A stretch of 64,000 bases of DNA from Moniliella sp. 'wahieum' (lineage: Eukaryota), in assembly GCA_003971905.1 (NCBI GenBank), contig RSEE01000002.1, positions 248,001 through 312,000 of the forward strand, read 5' to 3'. The notes beneath the pieces were generated by a model. That model did no database searches. It was given only the letters and a program-made list of their open reading frames with translations, and was not told where the DNA came from. A program made the translations under genes and the position numbers. Below, piece after piece: positions 1 through 11,702 of the stretch (positions are counted from its first letter, which is position 1; each line of letters opens with the position of its first letter).

Positions 1-1
1 A

Positions 2-133
2 ACTGACCCACCACAGGATGGACTAAGCCAACCCCCTCGCCAGCGAAGGAAAGTGCGAACAACTGACCTGGATGAATTCATTGTCTCCGACCCTGGGTCG
101 GACGACAACGATGATAGCTCGTATCAGGAGTAA
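2..133 (+). CDS. 3' end of an unidentified protein-coding gene (partial, window edge)
   Basis: Frame open from position 2: TDPPQDGLSQPPRQRRKVRTTDLDEFIVSDPGSDDNDDSSYQE*, ending at TAA 131-133. It has a basic patch and an acidic tail, but no family was recognised. Confidence 0.35.
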   Translation, partial: TDPPQDGLSQPPRQRRKVRTTDLDEFIVSDPGSDDNDDSSYQE

Positions 134-1096
134 TTCTCGCTTCGGTATCAACCTCCATTCAACGTTCTACACTCATCGTTCCAACTGGTTTGGCATGACC
201 CACCATCGCCCCCGACGGTCTGGGGCTGGACCCAAGACCCACCTGTCAATCCATGTACATTGATTACGGCTAACAGAATGTCAACAACCCCCTTTTCTCG
301 TATTCTAATAGCAACACTCATCGCTACAATCCACGAGGTTATTGCTTCACAGGCGATAGACTGATTGCAGCAGTGATCTCTGTCATGGACGAAGAGCAGC
401 CGCAACTCTGGCCAGTGTGGGACAGTCAACCCGTGACGACCAGCGAGCGAGACGAGGCGGGGAAAGCGTGCATCGTTGTGCCGTGGTCCGCGAAGTGTAA
501 CAGCAAATGTTATGCCAGAGGGAGGTACTCGGCGTAAGAAGGGTGTCGAGCGCAAAAGGATCTCAGACCCGATTCTCTCTCTTTACTCTGCACCCAGCGA
601 AAAGCGGGAAGGATATAGTCTGTAGAAAGGTAGTGAAAACAGAGATGGCTATCGATGATCCAGAGGAAAAGAAACCACCTCAAGGGTAAGTTTACAATGT
701 CTCGCTCGCTCATTTGTCTCGCTACATCGTGTTTAGAAGCGAACTATGGCAGGAACGGTAGCAGAGGGCCTCGAACTGCTGGCGACTCCATTGGTCTCCT
801 AAATGGGTCGGCATGAACAAGCCGCACACACTGGGTGAGGAAGCATAATAGGCGCAGCGTTTCTATGTCCTAGTCTTAACGTCTGTAAATGATATTATGG
901 ATACAAAGGGAGCGATGAAGAGGGGAAAGGGATCAAAAGTGGTGGAAAACTCCCTGTAAAAGCTGATTCCGACTTGATCAACAACCAAAAAAAGGAATGA
1001 CGAAGCCTGAGCTCCAGTGACCCTAGAGGGCAAAAGAGGGCATCGAAACTCTGCCTTTACCCTTCCACTTTTGTCGAAATGGCAAAGGCAGCACTG

Positions 1097-2297
1097 TTAG
1101 GTCGAAGGCCTAGCTTGGGGGCTGAGGCTCAGTGTAGGGCTGACTGCAAACCAGTCGCTCTCGGAAGAGAGAGCCCTCGAATGCGGAGTGGAAGGTCCCG
1201 AAACCAACTCGTTACGATCGATCGGCTGCAGGGTCTCCAACTGGTGGACACTTGTGGTTGAGCTAGAAGGAGACCACTGGTGGCGTCTATCATCCGCCGG
1301 GCCCAGGTCAAGTTCCGTGGGAGACAAGGGCGGGCTCACGTGGCTCCATGCAGCCGAGGCGGCCATATCGACAGAAAGGTGAACACTGTGGGTAGGAGTA
1401 CTTGACGGGTGGGGCTTGATCAAAGTTGTCTCCCGAAAAGCTGTCCGTCCCCTGGCTCGTACGACTTTGGACACGGGTCAAAGTTTGGCGCTGGGTAGAA
1501 TTGGCCTCTTCCACGGGAGGGGGGAGCACCAAGCTTGCATCGGAGACGACTGATTCAGTTCCCGTGAACGTTGCCGAGGCATCTGAGCGAGGGGGCATAT
1601 CCACCAGGGAGCGGTACGGAGGTGAAACTGAAGGCGGCATAGCAGCCACCCTCTGCTCTATACCCAAACCGTCAGAAACGTCTTGGTCGACAATATCTAG
1701 TTCCGCGTGCATTGCAGACGTCCAAGCGTCGACACCGTTGTCCGGACCGGCATTATTCCCGCGGCGGCGGGGAACAGCTCCCAAAATCCGATTAACCCCT
1801 GAGGCATGGGCAGCCGTGCGCGAAGCCAAAATAGCAGCTCCTTGAGAGGGGGTGAGGCCGGTTGCAGTTCGAGTAAAGGGGTTGCGGGGAAGAGGCGGAG
1901 GCGGAGGACCACGCACATGAGGTGGCAGAGGCGGAGGGGGCGGTCCGCATTCCCATGTATCCGGAGAAGTGGGTGAGATAGAAGGCGCCTGGTCAGCCGC
2001 AGGCAGTGCCGGGGGGGATTCGTCCTCGTCATGGTCTGAGTGAGTATCTTCGTCAAAGAGCGTGCGTCGATCGCCCCCATGGTCATCCGAAGGGTTGGAC
2101 CAAGACTGAGGTCCAGGTCTCTGCTCGTGCATTTCAAAACCAGCGGAGAAACCGGCATCGTACGCCTGCTGAAGCGCTTGCTCGCGGGCGCGGCGTTCGC
2201 GCTCAGGACGAAGGAGGAGGATGTCAACAGCAATCGCAGCAGCGACGCCACCGGCCACACCGCCGATGACGGCGAGCGAGACGGGGACAGGAAGCAT
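1097..2297 (-). CDS. hypothetical Pro/Ser-rich protein with N-terminal hydrophobic segment
   Basis: ORF 1308..2624 with likely start ATG at 2297 (MLPVPVSLAVIGGVAGGVAAAIAVDILLL, TM-like), followed by a low-complexity tail. It may continue into ORF 1097..1474 across a frameshift. Confidence 0.5.
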
Positions 2298-2822
2298 GGC
2301 GAAGGAGGCGGGGGTGTGGTGGCAGCCGATACGGGCGTGTGGAAGGGGGGTGGCGAGGGCCTGCGGCCAGCGACGGCTGGATGCTAGGCAGTGGCAAAAT
2401 GTGGCGGGAGAGGGCAGCAGCACATCGGACCGCGATGCGCGCTGCGACGGGTGCGGGCATACTGGCGCCATGCGGAGGTGCAGGGCGGGGCAGTGCAGCA
2501 CTGCCCTCGTCCGGGGGATGGGAGGCTGCGACCCTGGCGTGGTGGGGTAAATGTGGTTATTGATAAATTGCTCACGCTCACGGACCAATTGACTGTGCCA
2601 TATCCAACTCTTCCCTCTTTTCAAGTATCAACTTCCAAGCCTCCATGATGACCATGACCCTGCTTGTTAGATACGCTCACGGGGGCATGCCCAGTCCACT
2701 TCAACGGTCTGTGCTTCGCCGAATTTTTACACTTATCCACACGGACAACAGTTGATAGAAAATGCCCTTTTCACAACCAAAACCTAACTTCGGATATGAA
2801 AAAATGGATTCTCGGTCACCTA

Positions 2823-2921
2823 GTTCTATTAGCTCAGTTGGCTAGAGCGTCCGACTGTTACACAGACGACCAATGTCGCGCAGGCATCGGGAGGTCGTTG
2901 GTTCGAGCCCAACATGGAACG
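2823..2921 (+). tRNA. tRNA-Asn(GTT) with 25-nt intron
   Basis: Acceptor stem GTTCTAT/ATGGAAC, D arm AGCTCAGTTGGCTAGAGC, anticodon arm TCCGA-CT-GTT-A[intron 2861-2885]A-TCGGG, T loop GGTTCGAGCCC, discriminator G, and a downstream T-run Pol III terminator at 2924-2928. Confidence 0.95.
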
Positions 2922-3360
2922 TATTTTTGCGCTTCAACTTTTTTTTCTCAGTCAGCGCTTCTAGCCCTTGTAGTCTTATTAGCGACATCTGGATCTGATC
3001 GATCATCTCGATCTATGATCCTCTTCGACGCCCCTGTGAAAGAATGGGGCCAGGGCAATGTTGAACGTTGAAGAGGACGAAGAGTCGGTCACGCCAATGA
3101 GAGCCCTGAACGTGGTTTTGTCCGTTACCGGGTTACCGGTTACCTGAGATGATTCATCGCTATGCTTTTATAGCTAAAGACGATTGCACTGTATGTGCAG
3201 GGATGATTATGGGAAACAGTCAGAGATAGTTTTTTGTAAGTTCCTGAATCTGCGCGAGTCCGAAGACTATGTGTGCAACTGGGGGAAGAGAAAGGGAGAT
3301 GAGTCGATGAGGGAATGAGAGGCACAAAGGATATAGCTAGCTGTTGAGCAACGTTGAGCT

Positions 3361-3574
3361 GGGTGGCTCGTGCTTTGGCCAATGTCCCTTCAGTTCCTCC
3401 TCAGGCCTAGGAGTTCCGTTGTTTTCTCTCTCCTGTTTTCCTTTGTTCCGCAGTTTGGCCCCTGACGGCGACTCGCTGCTTGATGTTCCTCTGTAGGCAT
3501 TCCTGGTTGCGACACCACCACCACCAATGCGATTGCATCACCCTCGAGAACCATCAGGACTCCAGGTCTCATCA
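3361..3574 (+). repeat. interspersed repeat copy A (~215 bp; copy B at 35364-35579)
   Basis: Aligns end to end with 35364-35579. Both copies start GGGTGGCTCGTGCTTTGGCCAATG, share TGATGTTCCTCTGTAGGC and CACCACCACCA, and end CAGGACTCCAGGTCTCATCA. Confidence 0.9.
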
Positions 3575-4249
3575 CTAGCCCTTGGCGCGTATAAGCGGTG
3601 GAATGATGAGAAGACTTCCACTTACCAGTGGCTTGGCCGCAACTAAGAGAGTCGATGGCATGTGGCATATGTGAATGGCGTACGATCAAGCTCAAGCTTC
3701 AAGCTTCAGGCTAGCTTCAAGCTAGCTTCAAGCCACATTATTCTCACTAACACTGCGGCCTCGGTGATCTATGGATAGAGATGGTTTAACGTGTTTAACG
3801 TTTAATGTGTTTACTAATGTGTAAGAACGTGTTGTATGTGTCAAGGTTGCGACACAAGTACTCTAACTCTCGATCATAGTTCTCACTCTCCACCCACTTT
3901 TGCCCATACGTAGTATTATAATTAAGAAGCTTTTTGGTCCAGTTGCATGTGTTTCACGTCCAGCCTAAGGCCTAAACGTTCAGCAGCGGACACGTTTACA
4001 CGTTCACACGCCGTTTTCTCTTGTAAAATCCTTCGCGCGCGCGCTCCTCTCCATCCGCGGGGCTCCGCAAAAACAACGAGAGCTGGGCCACCAGTGAGGT
4101 CTCCATCAGTCACAGGCTGTATAGTCACGCGAGTCTTGCATAATATGTTGGGGTTGGGAACAAAAGAAGGATCCAGATATCCAATAAAGGGGCTCTGGAC
4201 ACACCCCTCCATCGCGTCGAGGAATTAGAGCGGCGGTAACGCGGAGAAG

Positions 4250-4278
4250 CCTGACGGCCTGACGGCCTGACGGCCTGA
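4250..4278. repeat. short tandem repeat (CCTGACGG)x3.5
   Basis: cctgacggcctgacggcctgacggcctga read directly from the sequence. Confidence 0.85.
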
Positions 4279-5283
4279 AGGCATGTCACACGTCATGCTT
4301 GACGTGCATGCGAGGCACAAGGGGTATTGGATCCACGTCAGAGGTCCTTAGCGTTGTATTAGCCCAAATTATAGGTGTGGTGTTTTGGTGTATATAGGGG
4401 GGGGGACGCAACTGCAGACGGTATATATATGACAGAGAAGGTGTGTGCGGAGACCACTGGAATAGAACCGGAAGTGTGGGGGGAGCAATATGTATGTGGG
4501 GTACGATATACACAAGCATCAACGTCACCAACGGTGCATAGTGCTGAGGCTCAGCCCGAACCTATACTATAGCGCATCGTCACTCGTATAACTCAGTGCC
4601 TTCGCACTCGTATACTCCCAACAGACTCACACAGTATATCCACACACTGTGCTTGCACTTACTCATGAGGACTCCATAATATGGATTGTATCATGCATGA
4701 TGATGATATCGAGAATCGATGATTATCGTCCACACTCTGTGAAGCTTGGAGCGTGAAGAAGACGATGAATTGCTATAGGTACTAGGAGGGCGCGAGGCGC
4801 GAGACGAGTTGGTGGGAAGCTGTGGCGGATGGACGTGGCTGGTGGGACCAACGCCGCCCACCGCCTTGAGCCGCCGCTCTCGCCCGCGGCCTCCCGCGGC
4901 TCCACGGGCACACAGTCGCCCCGTGCCCAACGCCGCGTCACCGAGCACCTTGGCAGCAGGGCAGTGTGCACACTGCCCCCGTCGTTCAGTCCCCAGCGCC
5001 CCAGCGGGACAGGCGTGGCGCCACACCGGCCGCCCTGCCGCGTTTCTGGACGTGCGGGCGCTCCCATCCTCCATCTCTCCGCCCCACTGCTCCCGCCGCC
5101 GCCGCGCCTCAGCCGCCAGCCGCTCGACCTTCGGTCAGCACGAGCACGTCAGTGCAGGCGTTGCGCCCCCACCCCTCCCCCCACCCCCCGGCTGCCCCGC
5201 GCGATGCCCCCCGTGTGCGCCGGCCGCGTCTAGCTCTCTCGCCACCACGTCTGCCCCCGCCGCCCCCGCCGCCCCCGCCCACG

Positions 5284-8016
5284 ATGAACCCCGCCTCCCT
5301 CTTCCCGCCGCCGCCGACCACCATCTCGCGCAACGCTCTTAGCGGTGCGCCCCCGCCCCGGTCCGACCCCGACGCCGCCTTCTCCCCCCTCGCCGATGCA
5401 GGCACAGTGCACCGCGTGGCCAGCATCTCCCAGCGCATGCGCAGCGTCCAAGCTGGCATGGCCAACGCCCATGCCACTGCCAATGCCAACCATATCAGCC
5501 ACGAGCGGCACGCCAGCACATCCGCCGCACGCCGCCTCTCCGCAATCAGCCCCAACCGTCTGGTCCCCACTCAGACCCCGCCCTCATCGGCCCCCTCTCC
5601 CGATGCCGCCATTTCGGCGCCCCAGTCAGATGCGCCGTCGGCCCCTCCTTCAGGCCTGTTTCGCAACCGGTTTTCTTTCCTCCCTTCCCACCGCCGCCGC
5701 CCTTCTCAAGGAAAAGGTGGAGGGCAGCCCGTTTTGCTGCACCGCTCCTCCTCGGCCACACCGATGACGCACGCCCACCCACCCGGCTCCCCTACTGTGC
5801 GTGCGAACCGTGGCGGGGGAGGTCTAGTGCCAACACCAGGACAAGGACACCCTGACCCAGCATCTGCTTCCCATGTCTAGCTCAACCTCCTCGCCCCCCG
5901 ACGCGCCGCACATGCACCGACACCATTCCATCTCGAATGGCGCCATATCTGGCTCGCATGCGCTGAAACTTGTACCCAACCAGTCTAACGCGTTTATGCC
6001 ATCGTCTCGCCGACACGTTTCGCTTAGTCCGGAAGAGATGCAGCGAATCTCCAAGGATGAGATCACCACACAACAGATTTCTTCGCCCCGGCGGCGACGT
6101 GCGTCTGCTTCGGCAATGTCCCGTACACGGACCAAGGTACTTCTTTCTCGAACCCCCCCCGCACGTTCTCCCACCAGCCAAGCAGACACCACAGCGACCA
6201 CGCCCAATTGGTCGGGCGCCGCGGCCGAGCCTCCTTCCCCGATAAATTTTGATGCCTTGGTAACGTTTGACTTTGTCCGTCCTGACGAGTTGAAGCGGGT
6301 ATACATGATTGAAAGCGAGTCTCGGGTTCCGGACGAACTGGTCCCGTTCCAGCTGTTCCAATACCGACTCAATCGGGCCCCGTTCTTGTTTGTTGGTGCC
6401 TATATCAATTCTATGCTGGGTCGACAGTCGCTGGTGCGCGACAAGGAAAATGGGTCGGGGGAGGATGCACCGAGCGGGACGGCGGCACCTCGGACAGCAG
6501 CGTCGAAGCAAACGGTCGCATCGTCAGCCTCAATGCCAAGCAAGAGAGTTCTGATCGGATATATATGTGCCACTGCCTCACCCGCGTTCACAGCCAACGC
6601 GATCAAGGTGCATGATGATGGTCCGGACGCTCGTACGGTGTGTATACATTCGGTTGTGTCCAACAAGCATTTCGGGGTCGGGGTATTGGGAAAAATCTTG
6701 TTAAAACGCTCATGTCCTGGGTACGAGAGGCGGAATTGGGACAGGCAGAGCAAGTCGCGCGCACGACCGAACGGGGCACGACGCAGGTGGCCGGGACGAG
6801 CCTGTCAAACGACGTGGTAATCCGTCACCGTGGATTGGAAGAGGCTGCAGTACTGTGTCACACGGATACGATACCCTTCTTTATCAAGTGCGGCTCATCT
6901 TGCCGGGATGAGCTATGTTCAAACGGGTACGGAGGAAGCATGGTACCAACTCCTGAAAGACATCGTTCCTCGCGATACGATGGCCCCTTGGGATCCGCAA
7001 TGGGCCGATGAAGATGCCAAAGAACTGGAGCCTCAGTTCCTGCACTTCCTCCAAGCTTCCGAGGAACGTAGAAACGAGCGTCGGCACAAATTGCAGAACC
7101 TTTCCATCTCTACCGCCCCTGGGGCGCCGGGCGCGGAGCCTTCAGACAGGCACCCTCGCCCTTCAGTGATGTTTGGCCGTATCTCCGATCTCCTCGCCCG
7201 TACCCGTTTCGCCCAAGGGCCCCCTCGCCCCCTCTGGTATGTGGCTCTCTACATCTTCAACACTCATGGTGACTGACTTTTTTTACTTCTCAGGCTCGGA
7301 TGCAATTGCCTCGTGTAGAAGCTCGGGCAGTGGCATGCATCCGCCAGAGGCCGAAAGAACGATTGTGCCGCCGACGCGCAACGATGGACGGATTCAGTCG
7401 CGTGTGGGTTCTCGCTCGGCCTCCACGTCCAATCCCAGTCCCGCCTCCAAACCCACTACCCAAAACCTGGGCAGCAGTGTATGGCAATGCATTGGCAAGC
7501 AAAACGTTCGCGGAAGATGTGACACAAGCGCTGGAGGCGCGTCTGGTCGATCGCAACTTGGGCACCAACGTGCCCGAGATTTACTGTCCGCGCGAAGAGT
7601 GTGGTGCCATGCTGATGACATCTGATCGCGCCGAGTACGGGACTCGGGAATGTGGTCCCCTTACCGCGCCCGAAGCTGCCTTGGTCAGCACCACGCCCCT
7701 TCCGCAAGCACCCTCGGCACCGGTAGAATTGCAATCGGCCAATGCGCCTGCGCTCACCGTCCGTTCGTTTTGGGTAACCCCAACCCCTCTCTCCTTTGCC
7801 GGCATTGTTCTCACTGGCGAGGTCGAATGGAAGTGTGGTCGAGCCGAGGGGGCAGAGAGAGAGGTGAGCCTGCCGATCAAATTTTTGAAATGCGCTTCCT
7901 GTGGCTGTGGGCCCTTGGGCTACACCTTGCTTCCTCTCAACCCGGAAGAGCGGCAAGAGTATGTGGTAGCAGCGGACCGGGTGCGGTACAAGTTGGCCGA
8001 TGACCAAGGCAATTAA
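5284..8016 (+). CDS. GNAT (PAA1/AANAT-like) acetyltransferase fused to a C-terminal Mss4/Dss4-like Zn-binding domain; frameshifted in this assembly
   Basis: GNAT motifs are spread over ORFs 5873, 6640 and 6830: IESESRVPDELVPFQLFQYRLNRAPFLFVGAY, LIGYICAT, TVCIHSV, FRGRGIG (motif A), LCHTDTIPFFIKCG. Mss4-like motifs lie in ORF 7300..8016: IYCPREECG, FWVTPTPLSF, FLKCASCGCGPLGY, YVVAADRV. Intron 7237-7293 (GTATGT..CTGAC..CAG). There is a long Pro/Ser-rich N-terminus. Confidence 0.7.
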
Positions 8017-8820
8017 CAAAACCCGCGCTGACGTCCTCGCCTGCGTTTCACAGTCCTTGACTGGCCTTAATGTCCCCTCTGTCTTTCCCATCTTCACTGC
8101 GCATCCTCTTAGCCTTGCGCTGCGTTGTAAACGTGCTTGCCGATTTTTGATAAAGTGATGGTCCTTTGCTTCACATATGTGTGCCTTGGTCCCGGCCAAG
8201 GACGATGCATGAGATGGATACTCTATGGACTGTCACGAGACACGCTCGGTTTCATCATGGCAAGCCTAGTATGGCGGGAGGAGGCAGAGGTGGAATTGTG
8301 GCAGATGGAGGGGGGGGCTTCCAAGTCAAAGCGTTGCCTTGGAATACGAGAAGGCTGGCGTCCGCAAGACGGGTAAGATGACAGAGGAATATGGCTGTCA
8401 GTGACACAACAAACACCGTCATCAACTCTTTCGCGTTTCACCAAGGCCAACTCACTCCGGGTCCGACAAAGATCCATGGTTGTCAGTCGAACGAGAGGAA
8501 GAAGCATACCTGACACAACCGCACCCACCGTGAACAGGTACCGCCTAAGCATTGCCTATTGGACACTAGCCCCTCCTGTATCATATCGTGCCCACGATTG
8601 CTCATTAGAACATATTTGTTTCTTCTTTCCCTCTTGCTCTGAGGATGTTTGATACACCCCCAATCCCAATTGAACATTGGTTCCGAAGGGAGCAGGAGAA
8701 TCTTAAAGGAAGGAATCAACGATATACACGGGATGAGGGACGAAGGCTGGGGGCACTAATGCCTAACCAGGCCTGAAATGCGAGAGAAAATCGATGAGAA
8801 GGGCATCCCCAGGCGGAATC

Positions 8821-10200
8821 TCACCAATCGTTTGCCAAACTCCACTGATGCGAACCTGGAGCAGAGCGGGACGCCTCCGTTCCAGTTGGATCAGAGGGAA
8901 GGGGAGGAAGAAAGGTCCAACGGAGAACAAGGATGGTAAGGAGGAAGACCAAGAAGGCGGTCAAGCTATCCAAACGGGTCCGCTTGGTAACCAATGCACT
9001 CGGCGTTGGCTGAGCAGTTGGACATGCAAAAAGCTCCCTTCGGGGTGATCAACAGCAAACGGGGTGCCCCGCTGTCCAGCGCCAGGCATTGAATGCGCTT
9101 CGCGTACCTGCGAGCCGGAGCCGTTCCTCTGGCGCAATATGGTTGAAGGAAGGTGTGGCAAGGAACCTGGAGCTACAGGACGCGGAGCACCAGAGTCACT
9201 GATGTGGACATCAGGTACGGAGGCAGGTGCAGAGGAGGACGGCTCCTCTTCATGTGGGAATGTGGGGATTGGTGCGACGCGCTGGAGTGCGGGAGACTGC
9301 GGTGGCTGCTCACTGGGGAGCGAATCAGGAACGGGAGGACAAATGGCGGGCGCGGGCGCGACGGCGCTTGAAAGAGCGAGTGAGGTGGATGGATGGTCAA
9401 GCTCCTCGTGAGGAGGCGCAACAGCTTCCTCTTGTATGGGCGAATGCATATCGGTAACAGTAGTAGAAGTAGACAACCCGGAAGCCAGGCTCACTTCTGG
9501 CGGAGGCGAAGGATTCTCTCCCTGAGGCGATGAATACATCTGCCCCGTCTCCATAGGATGAGCAGAGGGGTCTACAGATCCTTGCTGTTGATCCAAACTG
9601 GACGAAGGGTGAGCCAGAAGGCTTCGACATACCTTCTTTCTCTGGAGGGGATGCGGTAGAAGAGGAAGATCCCGAAGGCTCCAGGGTAGCAGTCGGAGCC
9701 GATTGAATCGCCTCCTGCAGCAAGCTGTGGTTGGACATTTTGCACACGCTGCACGTCCAGTCTCGCGAGAGCTGAGCAAGACGCCTCCTCTCTTGGTCTG
9801 GAGAACGAATGGAGCCAACGCCTTGGCTCGTAGCGTCTTCCGAACCCATCAGAGCCTGGACAGCCAACAGGGCAGTGCGAACGCCCCAGGCGGGCTGCCA
9901 CGTCTCAGCATGATACCCGGTAAAGGTGAGGCAGATTTTCCGGTCCGTCTCCCACCTTCCATTGGGAGTGAGAACAATCAGGTCGGGCGGAGCAAAGGGG
10001 TAAGCCGATGGCAGCTCAATCCTGCCATGGTAGAGACCGCCTTCAAAGGGGGTGTCCTTAGGGCCAGCAAGAGTAAAGTGGAAGGTAAACATGTCGTCCT
10101 CGAGGGGCCCGGCGACGATGCCTTCGGCCCCATGAGCATCGTCCAGCTCCTTGGCCTCAGATAGAATGCGCTTGGTGGCCGACTGCTTCTTTGTTGCCAT
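8821..10200 (-). CDS. UBC6: ER-anchored ubiquitin-conjugating enzyme E2 (UBC6/UBE2J family)
   Basis: MATKKQSATKRILSEAKEL..FHFTLAGPKDTPFEGGLYHGRI..YPFAPP..TPNGRWE..KICLTFTGYHAETWQPAWG, then a Pro/Ser linker. After frameshifts there is a C-terminal TM (LTAFLVFLLTILVL), with TGA at 8821-8823. Confidence 0.85.
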
Positions 10201-10695
10201 GCTGTGCCGACACGGAGGGTGGGGCGGATGGTGGCGCAGGCGAAGGTGGACTCTGAGAGCGACCGGCGGCCCAAGAGGCGATCGACTCGCTGCGATCATC
10301 GATCATCGACCTGCCCCAGCAGATAGATAGGACGCTGCGCATCATCATGCATCGCATGTAACCCATCACCGCCGGCCATCATGCATCAAGCCGCCACGTG
10401 GACAGCCTGGGAGCAATTGGAAATTTGAGATTTGAATAGTTGGACCGTTCATGATTATGCAGATCATGTGACCTATTGATGCAGCAGCCCTTATATGCGG
10501 CTATCAATTACGGCAGGATCATAAGGCGCAGCTGGCAGTGGACGATATTATCATCGGGAGTAATTATCCTACGGGGCCCAAGCTGGGACGTAGGCCCAGT
10601 GGCCGGTTATCATGGTCATTGGAGACGGAACCCTCCCAGAAGTAAAGAATAAAGGATATACCCTAGCTGGAAGGAAGCGTTTAGACGAGACGTAC

Positions 10696-11610
10696 TGTCA
10701 CGGGCTGCGGCGGACATGAGATGGTCCGACCCAAGCTAAGGCCCGCCTGCTCCGCATGTCCAGTAGAGCGTGCACCGCAGGCCAACCAAGTGTGATGATG
10801 GTTGGCTAGATTAAGTATCGTGGCCGAAGGGTCATGCTCCGTGCGACAATAGTCGCCCCCCGCCCAAGTCCAAGTCGGCCAGCCTAAATAAGGCCACCGA
10901 GCTTCCAGTGCCATGGCGACGACTGTCGCCCCGTCCCCGTTTCCTTTTCCTTTCTCGGTCGCGCCTGCGGCGACCAACCCCGCTTTTGACATGTCTTCCT
11001 TTCTACACCCCCTCTTGTATCCGTTTCCCTTTTGATCCTGCCTGTACCCCTGGTTGAGGGGGATCTTTTCCCCACCTTCCATTCTCGTCATCCTCTCGTC
11101 ATCCTCTCGTCATCCTCTCGTCATCCTCTCGTCATCCTCTCGTCATCCTCTCGTCATCCTCTCGTCTCAACCCCCTCGTCTACCCTCCCGTCTATCCTGT
11201 CCGACTCCTGCCCGTTTTCCAGCCAATTGATCCAGTACAGGCAGCTCCTCTTGTTAGCGTCCGACATCTCCTCCGACCTCGTCCTCCAGCCCTTCGTCAG
11301 TCCAGTCGCGCGAGCCCACCTTTGGTCGCGTCGATTCCCAGTCTCAGTTGAGGCAGTGTTTGTCCCCCTCTGCCTCCTCCCGTCCCTAAGTCCCGGAGGC
11401 TTCAGACACGTTACTACGGCCCAAGCCGGTGCAGACGCAGCCTTGCCACACGTGCAGCCGCCCCACCAAAGGCCTCTCCTCGTCCCTAGCTCCGCTCGGA
11501 TACACCAACCAGCCCAAGCCCGAAACTACCGTGAGTCGACCTACCGTCGCCTAAGGGATTGTACCCCAAAAAATCCCAGGGCGGGCCCCTGGCGGCGCCC
11601 GCCCGTGACA
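10696..11610 (+). mobile_element. solo LTR (915 bp) of an LTR retrotransposon
   Basis: Starts TGTCACGGGC and ends GCCCGTGACA (TG..CA ends, 10-bp perfect terminal inverted repeat). It is flanked by the identical 5-bp direct repeat CGTAC (10691-10695 and 11611-11615). An internal TAAATA is followed by a pyrimidine-rich tract, which is the only basis for the strand call. A second partial copy lies at 32822-32897. Confidence 0.85.
11084..11166. repeat. minisatellite (CTCGTCATCCT)x7.5 inside the solo LTR
   Basis: Seven perfect 11-bp units starting at 11084, plus a 6-bp partial unit. Confidence 0.95.
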
Positions 11611-11702
11611 CGTACACAGTATAGCGGGTCGTAGCACAAGTCCCCTTGGCAGTTATTAGTGTACAATGTAGAAAAAAACCCACTTTGGGAAAAGTAAAAA
11701 CC

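Noticed and set aside
2664..3071. 135-aa ORF
   Set aside because: It overlaps the tRNA-Asn gene and shows no coding signal.
11084..11166. CRISPR-like array
   Set aside because: The 11-bp units are contiguous with no spacers, the context is eukaryotic, and there are no cas genes.
11513..11567. Hammerhead ribozyme (GAAAC motif)
   Set aside because: There is no CTGANGA core and no complementary stem III.
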